Below, in pieces: positions 25,517 through 34,764 of a stretch of DNA of 64,000 bases (the stretch's first letter is position 1; every line of letters begins with the position of its first letter). The DNA is from Candidatus Dormiibacterota bacterium (lineage in GTDB: Bacteria; Chloroflexota; Dormibacteria; Aeolococcales; Aeolococcaceae): NCBI GenBank assembly GCA_036521195.1, contig DATDID010000026.1:89944-153943 (forward strand), given 5' to 3'. The notes beneath the pieces are model-generated. The model saw only the letters and a list, made by a program, of their open reading frames with translations. It was not told the DNA's origin and made no database searches. The translations under genes were made by a program, and so were the position numbers.

Positions 25517-26406
25517 CGTCCTGAGGAGGACGCGATCGCCTCCTCGCTTCGCTCGAGATCCTCCTGATGCTTGATCGCCGCACCGATGGTCTCGCGCAGC
25601 GCAGCCGGCGTCGCCTCGGTGTGGCCGAGCGCCGCAAGCGCTCTCGCCCAGTCGACAGTTTCTGCCACTCCTGGCACTTTATAGAGATCGAGACCGCGGA
25701 GCTTCTGCGTCACCTCGGCGACCTGCCGGCCGAGACGCTCGGACACCTCGGGTGCGCGCACGCGCACGATCGCGACCTCGCGTTCGAGGTCCGGGTAGTC
25801 GATCCAGTGATACAGGCAGCGGCGCTTGAGCGCGTCGTGGACCTCTCGAGTTCGGTTTCCAGTGAGGATCACGAGCGGTGGTCGCCGCGCGCGGATCGTC
25901 CCCAACTCGGGGATGCTGATCGCGAAGTCGGCGAGGATCTCGAGCAGAAATGCCTCGAACTCCTCGTCGGAACGATCGATCTCGTCGATGAGCAGGACCG
26001 GCGGCACGGCGTCCTCGTTGTCGATCGCATCGAGCAGCGGACGGCGGAGCAGAAAGTCCGGCCCGAAGACGTCCTGCTCGGCTCGCGCCCGATCCGCGCC
26101 CTCGCCGAGCAGGCGGATGTGGAGCAACTGACGCGCGTAGTTCCACTCATATGCCGCATGGGCGAGGTCGATGCCCTCGTAGCACTGCAACCGGATCAGG
26201 CGCGCGCCAAGTCCTGCCGCGAGCGCGCGGGCGGCTTCCGTCTTGCCGACTCCGGCCTCACCCTCGAGGAAGAGCGGCTTGTTGATCCGCATCGCGACGA
26301 GGATCGCCGTGGCCAGCCGCCGGTCGCAGAGATAGTCATGCATGCCGAGGAGATCGACAACGGCGTCGACCGATGCCGGCTGTGCGGCATCGGCGGGAGC
26401 GTTCAC
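25513..26406 (-). CDS. coxD: MoxR-type AAA+ ATPase CoxD-like
   Basis: Walker A LFLEGEAGVGKT and Walker B VLLIDEIDR. Confidence 0.8.
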   Translation of the reverse strand: MNAPADAAQPASVDAVVDLLGMHDYLCDRRLATAILVAMRINKPLFLEGEAGVGKTEAARALAAGLGARLIRLQCYEGIDLAHAAYEWNYARQLLHIRLLGEGADRARAEQDVFGPDFLLRRPLLDAIDNEDAVPPVLLIDEIDRSDEEFEAFLLEILADFAISIPELGTIRARRPPLVILTGNRTREVHDALKRRCLYHWIDYPDLEREVAIVRVRAPEVSERLGRQVAEVTQKLRGLDLYKVPGVAETVDWARALAALGHTEATPAALRETIGAAIKHQEDLERSEEAIASSSGR

Positions 26407-26457
26407 CTACTCAGCCTGACGCGTTGGCGGACCGCTGGTCAAGCACGCCGATGGCGC

Positions 26458-27510
26458 TCAGACCGAGTAGACGTCGACCTCCGTCGCCTTGACGACGGCG
26501 AAGACGTCGCCGCCTTCGGCAAGACGAAGCGCGGCCGCAGCAGCCGGCGTGACCTCCGCGACGAGCGGGATCGTGCCGGCGAGCCGGATCCGCCAGCGGT
26601 CGCCTTCGGGGTCGATGCCCGCGACCGCCAGCTGGAACACGTTTCGAGGGCTGCCCTCCGGCGCCTGGCGATACAGCGCGACGGCGCGTGGGTGGATCGT
26701 CGCGAGCGCCGGCCCCGAGACGTCGCTGGCGACAAGCACGGTCGCGCCGCCGTCGACGGTGAACGTCCCACCGCTCACCGAACCTCGCAGCAGGTTGAGT
26801 CCCGCCATCGTCGCAATCCATGACGAGCGCGGCCGTGAGGTGACGTCGGTGAACGATCCCTCCTGTGTCACGCGGCCGTTCTCGAGCACGACGACCCGTT
26901 CCGCAAGCGACGCGGCTTCGAGCGGATCGTGAGTGATCAACAAGCGAACGCCCGAGAAGTTCGAGAGATGCTCTCGGAGTGCGCGACGCAACTCGAGCCG
27001 CCCCGACGCGTCGACGGCCGCGAGCGGCTCATCGAGCAGGAGCACCTTCGGATGGGTGACGAGCACTCGGGCGAGCGCTGCGCGCTGCGACTGCCCACCG
27101 CTCAGCGCGGACGGACGGCTCGACGCGTAGGAGGCGAGGTCGACGCGCTCGAGCCACTCGCCCGCACGCATGTTGGCAACACGCCGATCCAGGCCGCGAG
27201 CTCGCAACCCGAAGGCGACGTTGTCGAGAACGCTGAGATGCGGGAAGAGCCCGTGGTCCTGAAACACGAACCCGACGCGTCGCGCCTCGGGCGTCAGGTG
27301 CGCCCCTGTCGCGGAATCGTCGAACACGACACCATCCACCGCGACGTGTCCCTCTTCAATCGGGACGAGTCCCGCGATCACACGAAGCAGCGACGTCTTC
27401 CCCGCACCATTGGGGCCCAACACGGCGACGGTGACCCCGGCATCGACGGCGACGTCGCACCGGAGGTGCAGCGTTCCCCGGTGCGTGCTGACCTTTGCCT
27501 GCAACGTCAT
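26458..27510 (-). CDS. modC: molybdate ABC transporter ATP-binding protein
   Basis: The ATG at 27510 forms an ATGA overlap with modB. Motifs GPNGAGKTS, LSGGQSQR and LLLDEP, plus a C-terminal TOBE-like domain. Confidence 0.8.
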   Translation of the reverse strand: MTLQAKVSTHRGTLHLRCDVAVDAGVTVAVLGPNGAGKTSLLRVIAGLVPIEEGHVAVDGVVFDDSATGAHLTPEARRVGFVFQDHGLFPHLSVLDNVAFGLRARGLDRRVANMRAGEWLERVDLASYASSRPSALSGGQSQRAALARVLVTHPKVLLLDEPLAAVDASGRLELRRALREHLSNFSGVRLLITHDPLEAASLAERVVVLENGRVTQEGSFTDVTSRPRSSWIATMAGLNLLRGSVSGGTFTVDGGATVLVASDVSGPALATIHPRAVALYRQAPEGSPRNVFQLAVAGIDPEGDRWRIRLAGTIPLVAEVTPAAAAALRLAEGGDVFAVVKATEVDVYSV

Positions 27511-28307
27511 CGAAGGGCACCGAGCCAGCGGTCGCGCAGCACGACCAGCACGACGATCGAAATCGTCAGGAGCACCAACGACAATGTGATGGCGGTGCCG
27601 ACGTCGCCGGATCCCTCGAACGAGCTGTACGCGGCGATGGGCAGCGTCTCCGTGGTCCCGGGATAGCTTCCTGCGAACGTGATGGTGGCGCCGAACTCGC
27701 CGAGCGCTCGCGCCCAGCAGAGCGCTGCTCCAGCCGCGATCGATGGTGCAGCGAGCGGGATCGTGACGCGCCAGAAGCGCCGCCATGGTCGCGCGCCCAG
27801 GGTTGCCGCCACTTCCTCGAAGTGCTCATCGCGCTGCCGCAGCCCGGCTTCGAGCGTGATCACCAGGAAGGGGAAGCCAACAAACGCTTCAGCGATCGCC
27901 GCGCCTGCGGTGCTGAACGGCAGCACGATCCCAAAGTGCTGCAGCACGCCGCCGATCGGCGTCGTCGTTCCCAATGCCGTCTGCAACGCTATGCCGCCGA
28001 CGACCGGGGGGAGTACGAGCGGCAGGGTGACGAGACCGCGGATGACGCGACGGCCCGGTAGCGACGATCGTGCCAGGAGGTACGCCAGCGGCACGCCGAC
28101 GACGAGCGAGATCGCCACGGCGATGATCGAGCACTCCAGCGACAGACGCAGGGCAGTCAGCACATCGGTCGAGACGAGCTGCGCCGGGAGCGTGCTCCAG
28201 TCGACGTGAGCCAGCAGCCCGATCAGCGGGACCGCGATGAAAAGAACCGCGATCGCCGCCGGTATGACGAGACCGATCAGCGGGCGTCGCGTGACGCCCC
28301 CGCTCAC
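27507..28307 (-). CDS. modB: molybdate ABC transporter permease
   Basis: 266 aa, multi-TM, with a CysT/ModB-type EAA-loop region (ATLGARPWRRFWRVTIPLA). Confidence 0.8.
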   Translation of the reverse strand: MSGGVTRRPLIGLVIPAAIAVLFIAVPLIGLLAHVDWSTLPAQLVSTDVLTALRLSLECSIIAVAISLVVGVPLAYLLARSSLPGRRVIRGLVTLPLVLPPVVGGIALQTALGTTTPIGGVLQHFGIVLPFSTAGAAIAEAFVGFPFLVITLEAGLRQRDEHFEEVAATLGARPWRRFWRVTIPLAAPSIAAGAALCWARALGEFGATITFAGSYPGTTETLPIAAYSSFEGSGDVGTAITLSLVLLTISIVVLVVLRDRWLGALR

Positions 28308-29104
28308 GACTTCGGCGGCGGGACGAAGCCGGCGGCGATGAGCTCCGCCTGGATGACCCCGGAGACCGCGGATGCCACGAATGCCTCCGCGGCGGGCAGG
28401 TTGCTGCTTGCGGAGACCGCAGCGATCTCGTACGTGCCGATCTTGTTCTGGTCGTCGGGAATCTGCACGCCGGTGACCTTGCTGCCCGCACCGGCGACGT
28501 CGGTGACGTATACCAGCGCAGCGTTCGCGTCGCCGGACTCGAGCTGCTCCAGCACCGAGGCGTCGCTCAACTGCAGCGAGACAGGGTTGAATGTGATGTG
28601 ATCGCTGGCCTCGATGTCGGTGACGTACTCTCCGACCGGGACGCTCGGGTCGCCGACGACGAGCTTGACGCCTGGATTGTTCAGGTCGGCGAGCGTCTTG
28701 ATGCCGAGTGGGTTCCCAGGTGCGACCGCGATCTCGAGCTTGTTCCTGCAGAACGCAACAGGCGTCTGGACGAGGTTCTTGGCGGTGAGCTGCGCCATCG
28801 TATCGGTGTTCGCCGTCGCGATCACGTCCGCCGGCGCACCACTGAGTATTTGCGTGACGAGTGCCTGCGATCCGGCGTACGAATACGTTGCCTTGAAGCC
28901 TGGATGGTCCAACTCGAGTCCCTGCTCGGCGGTGTTGAACGCCGACGTCAGCGACGACGCCGCCAGCACGGTGATCGATCCGCTGAACGGATCAGGAGAA
29001 GCGCTCGTCCCGGCCGACCCGGAACTTGCGCCGCCACATGCGGCAAGCGCCAGCGCGGCGGTGGCTCCCACCACCATCATCCGTGGACCGGTCCGCGTCG
29101 TCAC
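28304..29104 (-). CDS. modA: molybdate-binding lipoprotein
   Basis: Signal peptide with the lipobox LALAACGG. Carries ModA-like blocks (ITVLAASSL, SYAGSQAL). The GTG start forms a GTGA overlap with the upstream regulator. Confidence 0.8.
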   Translation of the reverse strand: MTTRTGPRMMVVGATAALALAACGGASSGSAGTSASPDPFSGSITVLAASSLTSAFNTAEQGLELDHPGFKATYSYAGSQALVTQILSGAPADVIATANTDTMAQLTAKNLVQTPVAFCRNKLEIAVAPGNPLGIKTLADLNNPGVKLVVGDPSVPVGEYVTDIEASDHITFNPVSLQLSDASVLEQLESGDANAALVYVTDVAGAGSKVTGVQIPDDQNKIGTYEIAAVSASSNLPAAEAFVASAVSGVIQAELIAAGFVPPPKS

Positions 29105-29523
29105 TTGCTCCTCGTTTGTCCATCGGTTGACGGTTGCGGCAGCTCAATCACCACATTGGTTGCTTTCACGGAGGCGACGGCGAGCATTCCCGGCTCAAGG
29201 CCCAATTCCTCGACCGCCTCGCGGCTGATCAGCGAGCTGATGCGGAACGGCCCCGCCTGGAGCTTCACGTGCGCCATGACGCCGTCCTTTGCGACATCGG
29301 TGACGAGCCCGATGAAGTGATTGCGAGCGGATTCGGTCACTGGGACGGTCGGGTGGTTGCTCGCCATCTCGACCGCGAACTGCGCCAGTGAGACCCCGTC
29401 AATCAGGCGGTGACCGCCGGCGGTTCGGATCGTCGTGACTCGGCCCGCGTCCGCCCAGCGGCGGATCGTATCGACGCTCACGCCGAGGAGCTCGGCAGCC
29501 TGCCCCATCTTGTATGTCGACAT
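29101..29523 (-). CDS. HTH (excisionase/MerR-like) plus TOBE/Mop domain protein, probable molybdate-responsive regulator
   Basis: From ATG at 29523 the product reads MSTYKMGQAAELLGVSVDTIRRWADAGRV, followed by a TOBE-like ARNHFIGLVTDVAKDGVMAHVKLQAGPF...VKATNVVI. It is the first gene of the mod operon. Confidence 0.75.
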   Translation of the reverse strand: MSTYKMGQAAELLGVSVDTIRRWADAGRVTTIRTAGGHRLIDGVSLAQFAVEMASNHPTVPVTESARNHFIGLVTDVAKDGVMAHVKLQAGPFRISSLISREAVEELGLEPGMLAVASVKATNVVIELPQPSTDGQTRSK

Positions 29524-29574
29524 GGGCGCGAACCATACCGCACCAGCAGCGTTCCGCTCAACTGTGGCTTGCGA

Positions 29575-30348
29575 ATGCGCGTTTCCATTCCTTCGCCTGT
29601 GACCGCATGGCGAGGTCGCGCGCAGGCGTATGCTCGCGACGTGATCGCGCACCGCCAAACGAGGGTAGCGGCGTCGGCGAGCGTCCTTCTCGCGTTCATC
29701 GGACTCTGGGCCGGCCACACGCTGGAGTACCTCCGCGTCTGGGGTGGCGCGGGTCTGGTCAGCTCGATCACCAATCCTGTCCACATCTACATGCTTCCCC
29801 TCGCCGGCGTGCTCGTGCTCCTGAGTGCACTGTTCGCCCTTCGCCTCTGGCGCGCGTGGGAGGCGCTGAATCAACGCCTCGAGCACGCGGTGTTCAGCAT
29901 TCGTGGCCTCTGGCGGGGGAGCCCCGCACCAGCCCCGGAGATGCCCTCGCGCCCGTCGTCGCCGGGGGCGCGACTGGTGGCGATCTGGTTGCCGTTGGCA
30001 TCAGCCCAGATCGTCCTGTACGTCATCCAGGAGAACATCGAAGCGATCGCTCGCGCGCAACCGGCTCCCTGGCTCGGAGCGATCACCGGGATCCACTGGG
30101 CGGCGCCGCTGGTGCATCTCTACGTGGCCCTGCTCCTCGCATGCGGAACACGCATTTGCCAGATTTTGGTCCGGCGGCGAGTGAGTGTGGTCGAACGAGC
30201 GGAGGCACTGGTCGTGGCGATCGCTCGGCGGGTGCGCACCTCGCCTCCAGAAACGCCGACCCCGGCGCGGCAGAGTACCGCTCCACCGCTTGACGGCATT
30301 GGCGCGCATCTGTGGAGGCGACCACCGCCTCGGCTTCTCGACGCTTGA
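29575..30348 (+). CDS. hypothetical integral membrane protein
   Basis: 257 aa from ATG at 29575 with about 4-5 hydrophobic helices and conserved-looking His residues (GHTLEY, IHWAAPLVH). It is divergent from the Mo regulator and upstream of the Cu genes. Confidence 0.5.
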   Translation: MRVSIPSPVTAWRGRAQAYARDVIAHRQTRVAASASVLLAFIGLWAGHTLEYLRVWGGAGLVSSITNPVHIYMLPLAGVLVLLSALFALRLWRAWEALNQRLEHAVFSIRGLWRGSPAPAPEMPSRPSSPGARLVAIWLPLASAQIVLYVIQENIEAIARAQPAPWLGAITGIHWAAPLVHLYVALLLACGTRICQILVRRRVSVVERAEALVVAIARRVRTSPPETPTPARQSTAPPLDGIGAHLWRRPPPRLLDA

Positions 30349-30406
30349 CCGCTAGCCGTGAGCCCAACTCACGGTTTTGAATCGTCAACACTCGAGGAGA
30401 CAGCAG

Positions 30407-31135
30407 GTGTCCAGACTCCACCTTCGCGTGCTCGCGTTTGTCGCGGGCACGGTGCTCGCACTGGCGACCTCGCTCGCCGTTGCGTCCGCGCACTTCGTGT
30501 TCACCGCCGGCAAATACCGAATCGCCATCGGATGGCAGAACGAGCCGTCGTTTGGAACCGACACGTATGTCGGCGAACAGAATGCGATTCAGGTGTTCGT
30601 CGACATCGCGTCAGCGGACAACCCGAAGGGCACCCCGGTGAGCACACTCAACGCGGACTGCACGCATCCCGATTTTCAAGTCACCGTCACCGTCGGCACG
30701 ACCACCAGCAGTCCATTCTGCCCCGCGCCTGCCTACGACGGTGATACCGGCAATGGCAGGCTCGATGAGTACGACTACCCGGTGATCCCCACCGTCGTCG
30801 GCACCTACACGTTCCACATCTTCGGAACGATCAACGGAACGACGATCGATCAGACCATCAAGTCAGGTCCGACGACCTTCGATTCCATTGCCGACTCGAG
30901 CAGCGTCGAGTTCCCAGTCGCGGTCCCGGCTGTCGCCGACATCTCGACCAAGGTCGACGCGGTGAGTCAGCGGGCGGCGAGCGCCCTCCAAAGCGCCCAA
31001 ACAGCCTCGACGGCTGCGAGCGATGCGAAGACGAGCGCCACCGGCGCGACGACGCTTGCGATCGTCGCGCTTGCCGTCGCGGTGGTGCTCAGCGCACTCA
31101 ATCTGGCAGTCGGACTGCGCCGCCGGAGTACATAG
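30407..31135 (+). CDS. secreted, C-terminally membrane-anchored protein with a mature N-terminal His (YcnI-like position, family not confirmed)
   Basis: GGAGA lies before the GTG at 30407. The signal peptide is ...LATSLAVASA/HFVFTAG. The C-terminus has a TM helix LAIVALAVAVVLSALNLAV followed by RRR. It ends 3 bp before the copCD gene. Confidence 0.55.
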   Translation: MSRLHLRVLAFVAGTVLALATSLAVASAHFVFTAGKYRIAIGWQNEPSFGTDTYVGEQNAIQVFVDIASADNPKGTPVSTLNADCTHPDFQVTVTVGTTTSSPFCPAPAYDGDTGNGRLDEYDYPVIPTVVGTYTFHIFGTINGTTIDQTIKSGPTTFDSIADSSSVEFPVAVPAVADISTKVDAVSQRAASALQSAQTASTAASDAKTSATGATTLAIVALAVAVVLSALNLAVGLRRRST

Positions 31136-31137
31136 CC

Positions 31138-33120
31138 GTGCGAGTCCCGCGGTTCTTCATCGTCGCGGCGACGCTGGCCTTGGGGGCAGCCTTCGGGCTC
31201 CCCCTGACCGTGGCCGCCCACGCCCTGCCGCAGAGCGCGATTCCTCCTGAAGGCACGGAGGTCGCCACCGCGCCGAAGCTTGTCGAGATCACGTTCGGCG
31301 AGACGCCCGATCCGAAGCTGTCGAGCATCTCCGTCGTGAACAGCTCGGGCGTGAACGTCGATGCGGGTCCGACAGTTGTCGTACCAGGTCATCCTCTCGA
31401 ACTCGAGGTCCCGCTGAAGCCGACGGGCAACGGCGTGTACACGGTGACGTGGAAGACGGTGTCGGAGGTGGACGGCCACCTGGCCACGGGCGCCTACGCG
31501 TTCGGTGTCGGTGTGAGTGCCGCGAGCGCAAACGCACACGCGAGCAAGGCGGTTGTCTCGCCGCCGCCGTCCGTACTCGCGGTGGTAGCGCGCTGGCTGT
31601 TCTTCATCGGGTTGATGGTAATTGTCGGCATCGCGTCGACCTGCCTCATCGTGCTTCGACGCGTTCCGACGTTCGCTGTGCGTTCACTCGGCGCCGCTTG
31701 GTGCATCGCCGCACTGGGGGTCGCCGGCGTCATCGAGGCCGAGCGTGAGGCGGCAAATGTCGGCTTCGGCGCCTTGTTCTCCACGTCGCTCGGAGCAACG
31801 GCGGTACAGCGGTGTGCGGCAATCGCGGTGACCGCGGTCGGTGCGGGCATCGCGCTGATTGGTAGAGGGCGCGGTGAGCGCATCGGGATCGCTCTTGCCG
31901 GATTGGGCGCGGCGACATCGATGTGGGTCGACGTGGCCGCCAGCCATGCCGGCGCGCAATCCCCTCTCGCGGTGAACCTCCTCATTCAGTGGGCCCATAT
32001 CGCGGCGAGTGGGGTGTGGATTGGCGGGTTGCTGGTGCTGCTGCTCGGTGTGCGCGGTCAGCCATCGGACATCAAGGCACGCGCCGTTCAGCGTTTTTCC
32101 ACGACAGCCGGGATCGCGATCGTGGTCGTCGCGCTCACCGGGACGTTTCGAGCCGTCATCGAGGTCGGTTCGATCGGCCAGCTCTTCAGTACTGCGTTCG
32201 GCATCCTTGTGCTGATCAAGGTGGCGCTGTTCATCGTGCTTGCGGTGCTTGGCGGCCTCAATCGCTTCGCCAACGTTCAGAAGTCGGCGACCACGCTCCG
32301 CGGGTTGCGGAGAGTCGGGTCGACCGAAGTGGTGTTCGGCGCGGTGGTCGTTCTCCTTGCCGCGGCGCTCGTGAATGTTGCGCCTCCGGTGGCGTCAACA
32401 GTGTCGGCATCGAGCCACCAGACGAATCAGCTGGTCGTCACGGGCAGCGATTTCGCGACCACGGTGAAGGTACGTCTCACGGTTTCACCCGGAACGGCGG
32501 GGTTCGATGCCTTCAGTCTTCGTGTCACCAACTACGACTCCGGCGCGCCTGTGCGCGCGACGTCGGTACAACTCGAGTTCACGCAACCGCTGCGACCCCA
32601 GCTCGGAGAATCGACTCTGACATTGAAACGCCAATCGGATGGAACGTTTGCGGCTCGTGGCGCCAACCTTTCACTCAACGGAATCTGGGAAGTGGCAGCG
32701 ATCATCGAGAACGGCACGAATTCGACCGAGGTACATCTTCAGCTGACGACCATCACACCACCACCCATCGTCACCGTGACGCGCTTCAGCGGCCTGCCGA
32801 CGGTCTACTCGATCCACCTGCAGGACGGCGAGCTCGCGCAGGTGTACCTGGATCCGAACAAGCCGGGCGCCGACGAATTCCACGTGACCTTCTTCAGCAG
32901 CGCGGGCGAGACGAGTGAGTTGCAGATCACGTCAGCGACGATCGGGATGACGGTACCCGGTGGCATGCCGACCATCCTGGTCAGCCGGCGACTCGATCCG
33001 ATCGGTCACTTCGTCGCGGATGCAACGGCTCCTGCGGGCGCAATTCGCTTCGACATCCTCGCTACCGCGCAGTCAGGTCAGTCGATCTCGACGTACGTCG
33101 TGATCACCCCCGGATCCTGA
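31138..33120 (+). CDS. CopC-CopD fusion copper transport/resistance protein (YcnJ-like)
   Basis: Signal peptide, then a mature HALPQSAIPPEG...VTWKTVSEVDGHLATGAYAFGV CopC domain. About 8 TM helices of CopD type follow, and then a ~220-aa extracytoplasmic beta-rich C-terminal region. Confidence 0.8.
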   Translation: MRVPRFFIVAATLALGAAFGLPLTVAAHALPQSAIPPEGTEVATAPKLVEITFGETPDPKLSSISVVNSSGVNVDAGPTVVVPGHPLELEVPLKPTGNGVYTVTWKTVSEVDGHLATGAYAFGVGVSAASANAHASKAVVSPPPSVLAVVARWLFFIGLMVIVGIASTCLIVLRRVPTFAVRSLGAAWCIAALGVAGVIEAEREAANVGFGALFSTSLGATAVQRCAAIAVTAVGAGIALIGRGRGERIGIALAGLGAATSMWVDVAASHAGAQSPLAVNLLIQWAHIAASGVWIGGLLVLLLGVRGQPSDIKARAVQRFSTTAGIAIVVVALTGTFRAVIEVGSIGQLFSTAFGILVLIKVALFIVLAVLGGLNRFANVQKSATTLRGLRRVGSTEVVFGAVVVLLAAALVNVAPPVASTVSASSHQTNQLVVTGSDFATTVKVRLTVSPGTAGFDAFSLRVTNYDSGAPVRATSVQLEFTQPLRPQLGESTLTLKRQSDGTFAARGANLSLNGIWEVAAIIENGTNSTEVHLQLTTITPPPIVTVTRFSGLPTVYSIHLQDGELAQVYLDPNKPGADEFHVTFFSSAGETSELQITSATIGMTVPGGMPTILVSRRLDPIGHFVADATAPAGAIRFDILATAQSGQSISTYVVITPGS

Positions 33121-33127
33121 GGAGGGT

Positions 33128-33949
33128 TCAGCGCAGCGACGAGCTGATCAGGTCGGCGATCTTCTCCGGGTCTTCCAGATATGGCAGGTGCGCCATACCT
33201 GGGAGCACGTGATGCTGCGAGTCCGCGAGCCAGTCCGACAGCTCTTTGGAGCGTGAGACCACGAACGGGAGATCGAGGTCGCCGCATGCCACCGTCACCG
33301 GCATGGTGATCTCCTCGAGCCGCGACCACGCGGTGAGGCCGCTCTTTCCCGACTCCTCGGGGAGCTCGTTCTTGAGCGCGATCGCATTCATCTCCAGAGC
33401 GAGCTTGCGGGCGGCGCCGGAAACTCGGCCCTCGGGCGCGCCCGGCCCGTCGAGCCAGAGCCACATCTCGATGCGGTTGATCTCGTCGAGGTCACCCGAC
33501 GTCTGGGCCGCCTCCCAGAGGTGCACGAGCCGCTCGGTCTGCGGATCGATCTCCGCGGGTTCCGGCGCTCCGCTGACCGAAGGGGCCAGGAGTACGAGAC
33601 CGGCGATCCGATCCGGATGGGAGAGGGCAGCGTCGATCGCCACCTCGCCACCCATCGAGCTGCCGACGAGCCAGACCGGACCGGTGGCGACCTGGTCAAG
33701 CACGGCGCCGAGGTCGTCAAGGTGGGTGAACCCGTATGTGGCAGCAGTGGTCTCGCCGTAGCCACGCATGTCGTACGCGACGACGCTCGTGTGCGGCTGG
33801 AGCGCCTCGGCGACCGCATGCCAGCTACGCCGGTCTGCGACACCGGCATGGAGCAGGACGACAGGCTGCCCCTCGCCCGGCCAGCGCTCGGCGGCGAGGG
33901 TGGCAGTCCCGCGATCCACGGTGAACTTCTCGGATGGCACTTCGCCCAT
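33128..33949 (-). CDS. alpha/beta hydrolase
   Basis: Motifs VVLLHAGVADRRSW and the nucleophile elbow GSSMGG. Confidence 0.8.
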   Translation of the reverse strand: MGEVPSEKFTVDRGTATLAAERWPGEGQPVVLLHAGVADRRSWHAVAEALQPHTSVVAYDMRGYGETTAATYGFTHLDDLGAVLDQVATGPVWLVGSSMGGEVAIDAALSHPDRIAGLVLLAPSVSGAPEPAEIDPQTERLVHLWEAAQTSGDLDEINRIEMWLWLDGPGAPEGRVSGAARKLALEMNAIALKNELPEESGKSGLTAWSRLEEITMPVTVACGDLDLPFVVSRSKELSDWLADSQHHVLPGMAHLPYLEDPEKIADLISSSLR

Positions 33950-33984
33950 TCTGACGGGCGGTTGGCGGTGTAGCGTCGATATTC

Positions 33985-34764
33985 GTGCGCACCACCGGCA
34001 TCGATGTCGCGAGCCAGGATGCGCGGACGGCCATCTGCACCATCCGCTGGGAGGATGGGTTCGCCGAGATCGAACCGCTCGGCGTGCCGGGGGCGACCGA
34101 CGATCAGATCCGCAGGTCCATCGTGACTTCCGACCGGGTTGGGGTCGATATCCCCCTCGGCTGGCCGGCCGCTTTCGTCGACGCGGTGAGCCGGCACCAT
34201 TGCGGCGAGCAGTGGACCGCGACGACCGATGCGGAGGGCATGAAGGCTCTGCGGCTGCGCGAGACCGACCGCTGGATCACGGCGAATGCGCAACGGCCGT
34301 CTGATCGTCGTGCGAGGTGCCACCCGATGAGCGTGTCGACCAACTTGATCGCGATACCGGCGATGCGGATGGCGCGTGTGCTGGGGCCGATCAAGCGCAA
34401 CGGCGATGACAAAGTGATCGAGGTGTACCCGGCAGCGGCGCTGTTCGTCTGGGATCTGCCGTACCGAGGCTACAAGGGAGCCGATCCCGTGAACCGGCAG
34501 GTTCGCAACGAGCTCATCAGCGGGCTGCGGACTGCGACGCCATGGCTCTCCGCCAGCAATGCCGACTGGGGGACGATCGGCGAGAGCGATCATATCCTCG
34601 ACGCGCTGCTTGCGTCCCTCGTTGCGCGTGCGAAAGCGTGCGGGCTCTGCAAGGAAAGTGGTGCAGCGAACAGCGACAACGCGCTGCGCGAAGGATGGAT
34701 CGCGCTCCCGTTGCCCAACGCACTGCCGCGGCTGGTGCGACCGCCGGCGTCTCAGTATCGCTAG
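33985..34764 (+). CDS. DUF429-family protein (predicted RNase H-like fold)
   Basis: Carries GIDVAS...VGVDIPLGWP and EVYPAAAL blocks as in DUF429. Confidence 0.55.
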   Translation: MRTTGIDVASQDARTAICTIRWEDGFAEIEPLGVPGATDDQIRRSIVTSDRVGVDIPLGWPAAFVDAVSRHHCGEQWTATTDAEGMKALRLRETDRWITANAQRPSDRRARCHPMSVSTNLIAIPAMRMARVLGPIKRNGDDKVIEVYPAAALFVWDLPYRGYKGADPVNRQVRNELISGLRTATPWLSASNADWGTIGESDHILDALLASLVARAKACGLCKESGAANSDNALREGWIALPLPNALPRLVRPPASQYR

